Shown here piece after piece: positions 62,704-64,000 of a DNA stretch of 64,000 nucleotides. The notes beneath the pieces were generated by a model. The model was not told the origin of the DNA. It worked only from the letters and a program-made list of their open reading frames with translations, and made no database searches. How positions within the stretch are numbered: the stretch's first letter is position 1; each line of letters begins with the position of its first letter. The DNA lies in contig CM060732.1 in NCBI GenBank assembly GCA_030704615.1, positions 55,180,001 through 55,244,000 on the forward strand. The letters run 5' to 3'. The stretch comes from Takakia lepidozioides (lineage: Eukaryota > Plantae > Bryophyta). A program made the translations under genes and the position numbers.

Positions 62704-64000
62704 TTTTGTCGGGATGCAAAACAGCCGCAGACCAAGACTGTATAATCCTACGAAAAAGTGTTCCCTGGTTGTTTTCTCGCCTCAACAAGAAGATGGCAGC
62801 ACTTGGTGATGTATACTATATGGATGGAGAATGTAGTACACAATTGGATTGGGAAACTGCAATTCCATAGTAGATCAAGACAACAGTATCAAAAAATCGT
62901 GATATCGATTGCCCAGGCGACTGTCTGAAGCAAAAGGCTCACTGAACATGGGCCTGTGTGATACACCGAAGAGACAAGAATCAGAAAGCTCTTCACAGAC
63001 TATGGCAGACAGACGTGATACACAGGAGAAGACATGGAGCAAAATCGCCTACTGTTATCAGAATAACTACAGTCGGTAAAGACCTGTGTATGATATTAGA
63101 ACTGTATCTTAGAGTAAGGAATCTCCCTTCTCGCAGAGGATCAACGAGAAAGAACCTTTGGAGTCCCAGATCAGGGAAGACCTCATGTTAAAATGGAGCC
63201 ACGTACCGAGACACATGCGAAATGGGAGCGGATGGAAGAGAGAGATTACACTGGAGAAAAAACACACAAAAGTAACTAGCCTACATGCCCCAAGTTACAG
63301 GGTCCGTCATAACCTAGCATTGTACGAGACACCAGCTACTATACAAGTGGGATTTCTTATACTGCTTCGAAAGAAAGAGGACGGAAAAGCAGATAGAGAT
63401 TAAATACATGCAAGCGAGATAGGAATAAAATGGCGGAATCTCATATCGGACATTGGTCAAGGCATGACGCCGTAAAGCCACGATCCAAGGCCTTGTTCTT
63501 GCCACTTTGCTCTAACAGCCTGGCAGAGAGAAACATAAACACACGATTCCAGAGTTTTGCCAAAGCTAAAGTCCGCGATCTATGCAGTGAGGTCTTGAGG
63601 AACAGTATACGATCCCACACGCCGTCTCAGCACTATGGTGTCCTAACAACAGCGGAAGCTTACAATGCTACACCAGAGGAAAACGAGCGAGAAACACACA
63701 CGAGCGCAATCAAACAGCTCAAGTATCAAGATACCGGGTTCAATCCACTCTGCAGTAGAGATCCCATAGCTTCTCAGCACCCTCATATGGTGAGTATGAA
63801 AGCTTCAATGACTCCGACTTTTACACGCAAAACACGGAGTTGCTGGTAGCAAAAAATTGATATACAAAACAAGAAATCCAATGCAGTACCACACCTTCTC
63901 AAAGCCGCACGCAACTCGACGACCATGGAAGCTCCAATCCCTTCGTCGCTGAAGAATAAAGAAGAGAGAATGCGCGAGAGAAAAAAGAGAGCGAGAGATA

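Overview
Eukaryotic nuclear DNA, most likely from a non-seed land plant (PLS-class PPR gene, Tcn1/Tf1-type chromovirus, CACTA elements, spliced genes); the taxon is inferred, not shown. The right third (45.5-64 kb) holds three host genes: an intronless PLS-PPR truncated in its E domain, a spliced FANCL, and a spliced EF-hand/TPR/ZZ gene of the At1g05150 type. The left two thirds is a transposon nest: a disrupted MDR/enoyl-reductase pseudogene with a full-length LINE in an intron, Ty3/Gypsy relics, a chromovirus interrupted by a Pack-CACTA carrying PPR fragments, and a second CACTA interrupted by the most interesting element. That element is a 12-kb Ty3/Gypsy retrotransposon (27936-39905, 4-bp TSD aagg). 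Its pol encodes a DNMT3-like C5 cytosine methyltransferase between protease and RT, and a PHD finger after the integrase. Its ends are not two equal LTRs but split direct repeats (sense order B-ORFs-PPT-A-gc-B-A) around the palindrome GACA-gc-TGTC, consistent with a DDE integrase opening a 2-LTR circle at an internal site. It also has a self-priming PBS, an orphan extra ORF, captured host-gene fragments, and a 2.7-kb internal inversion. All calls were made by eye from sequence and motifs; no searches were run.
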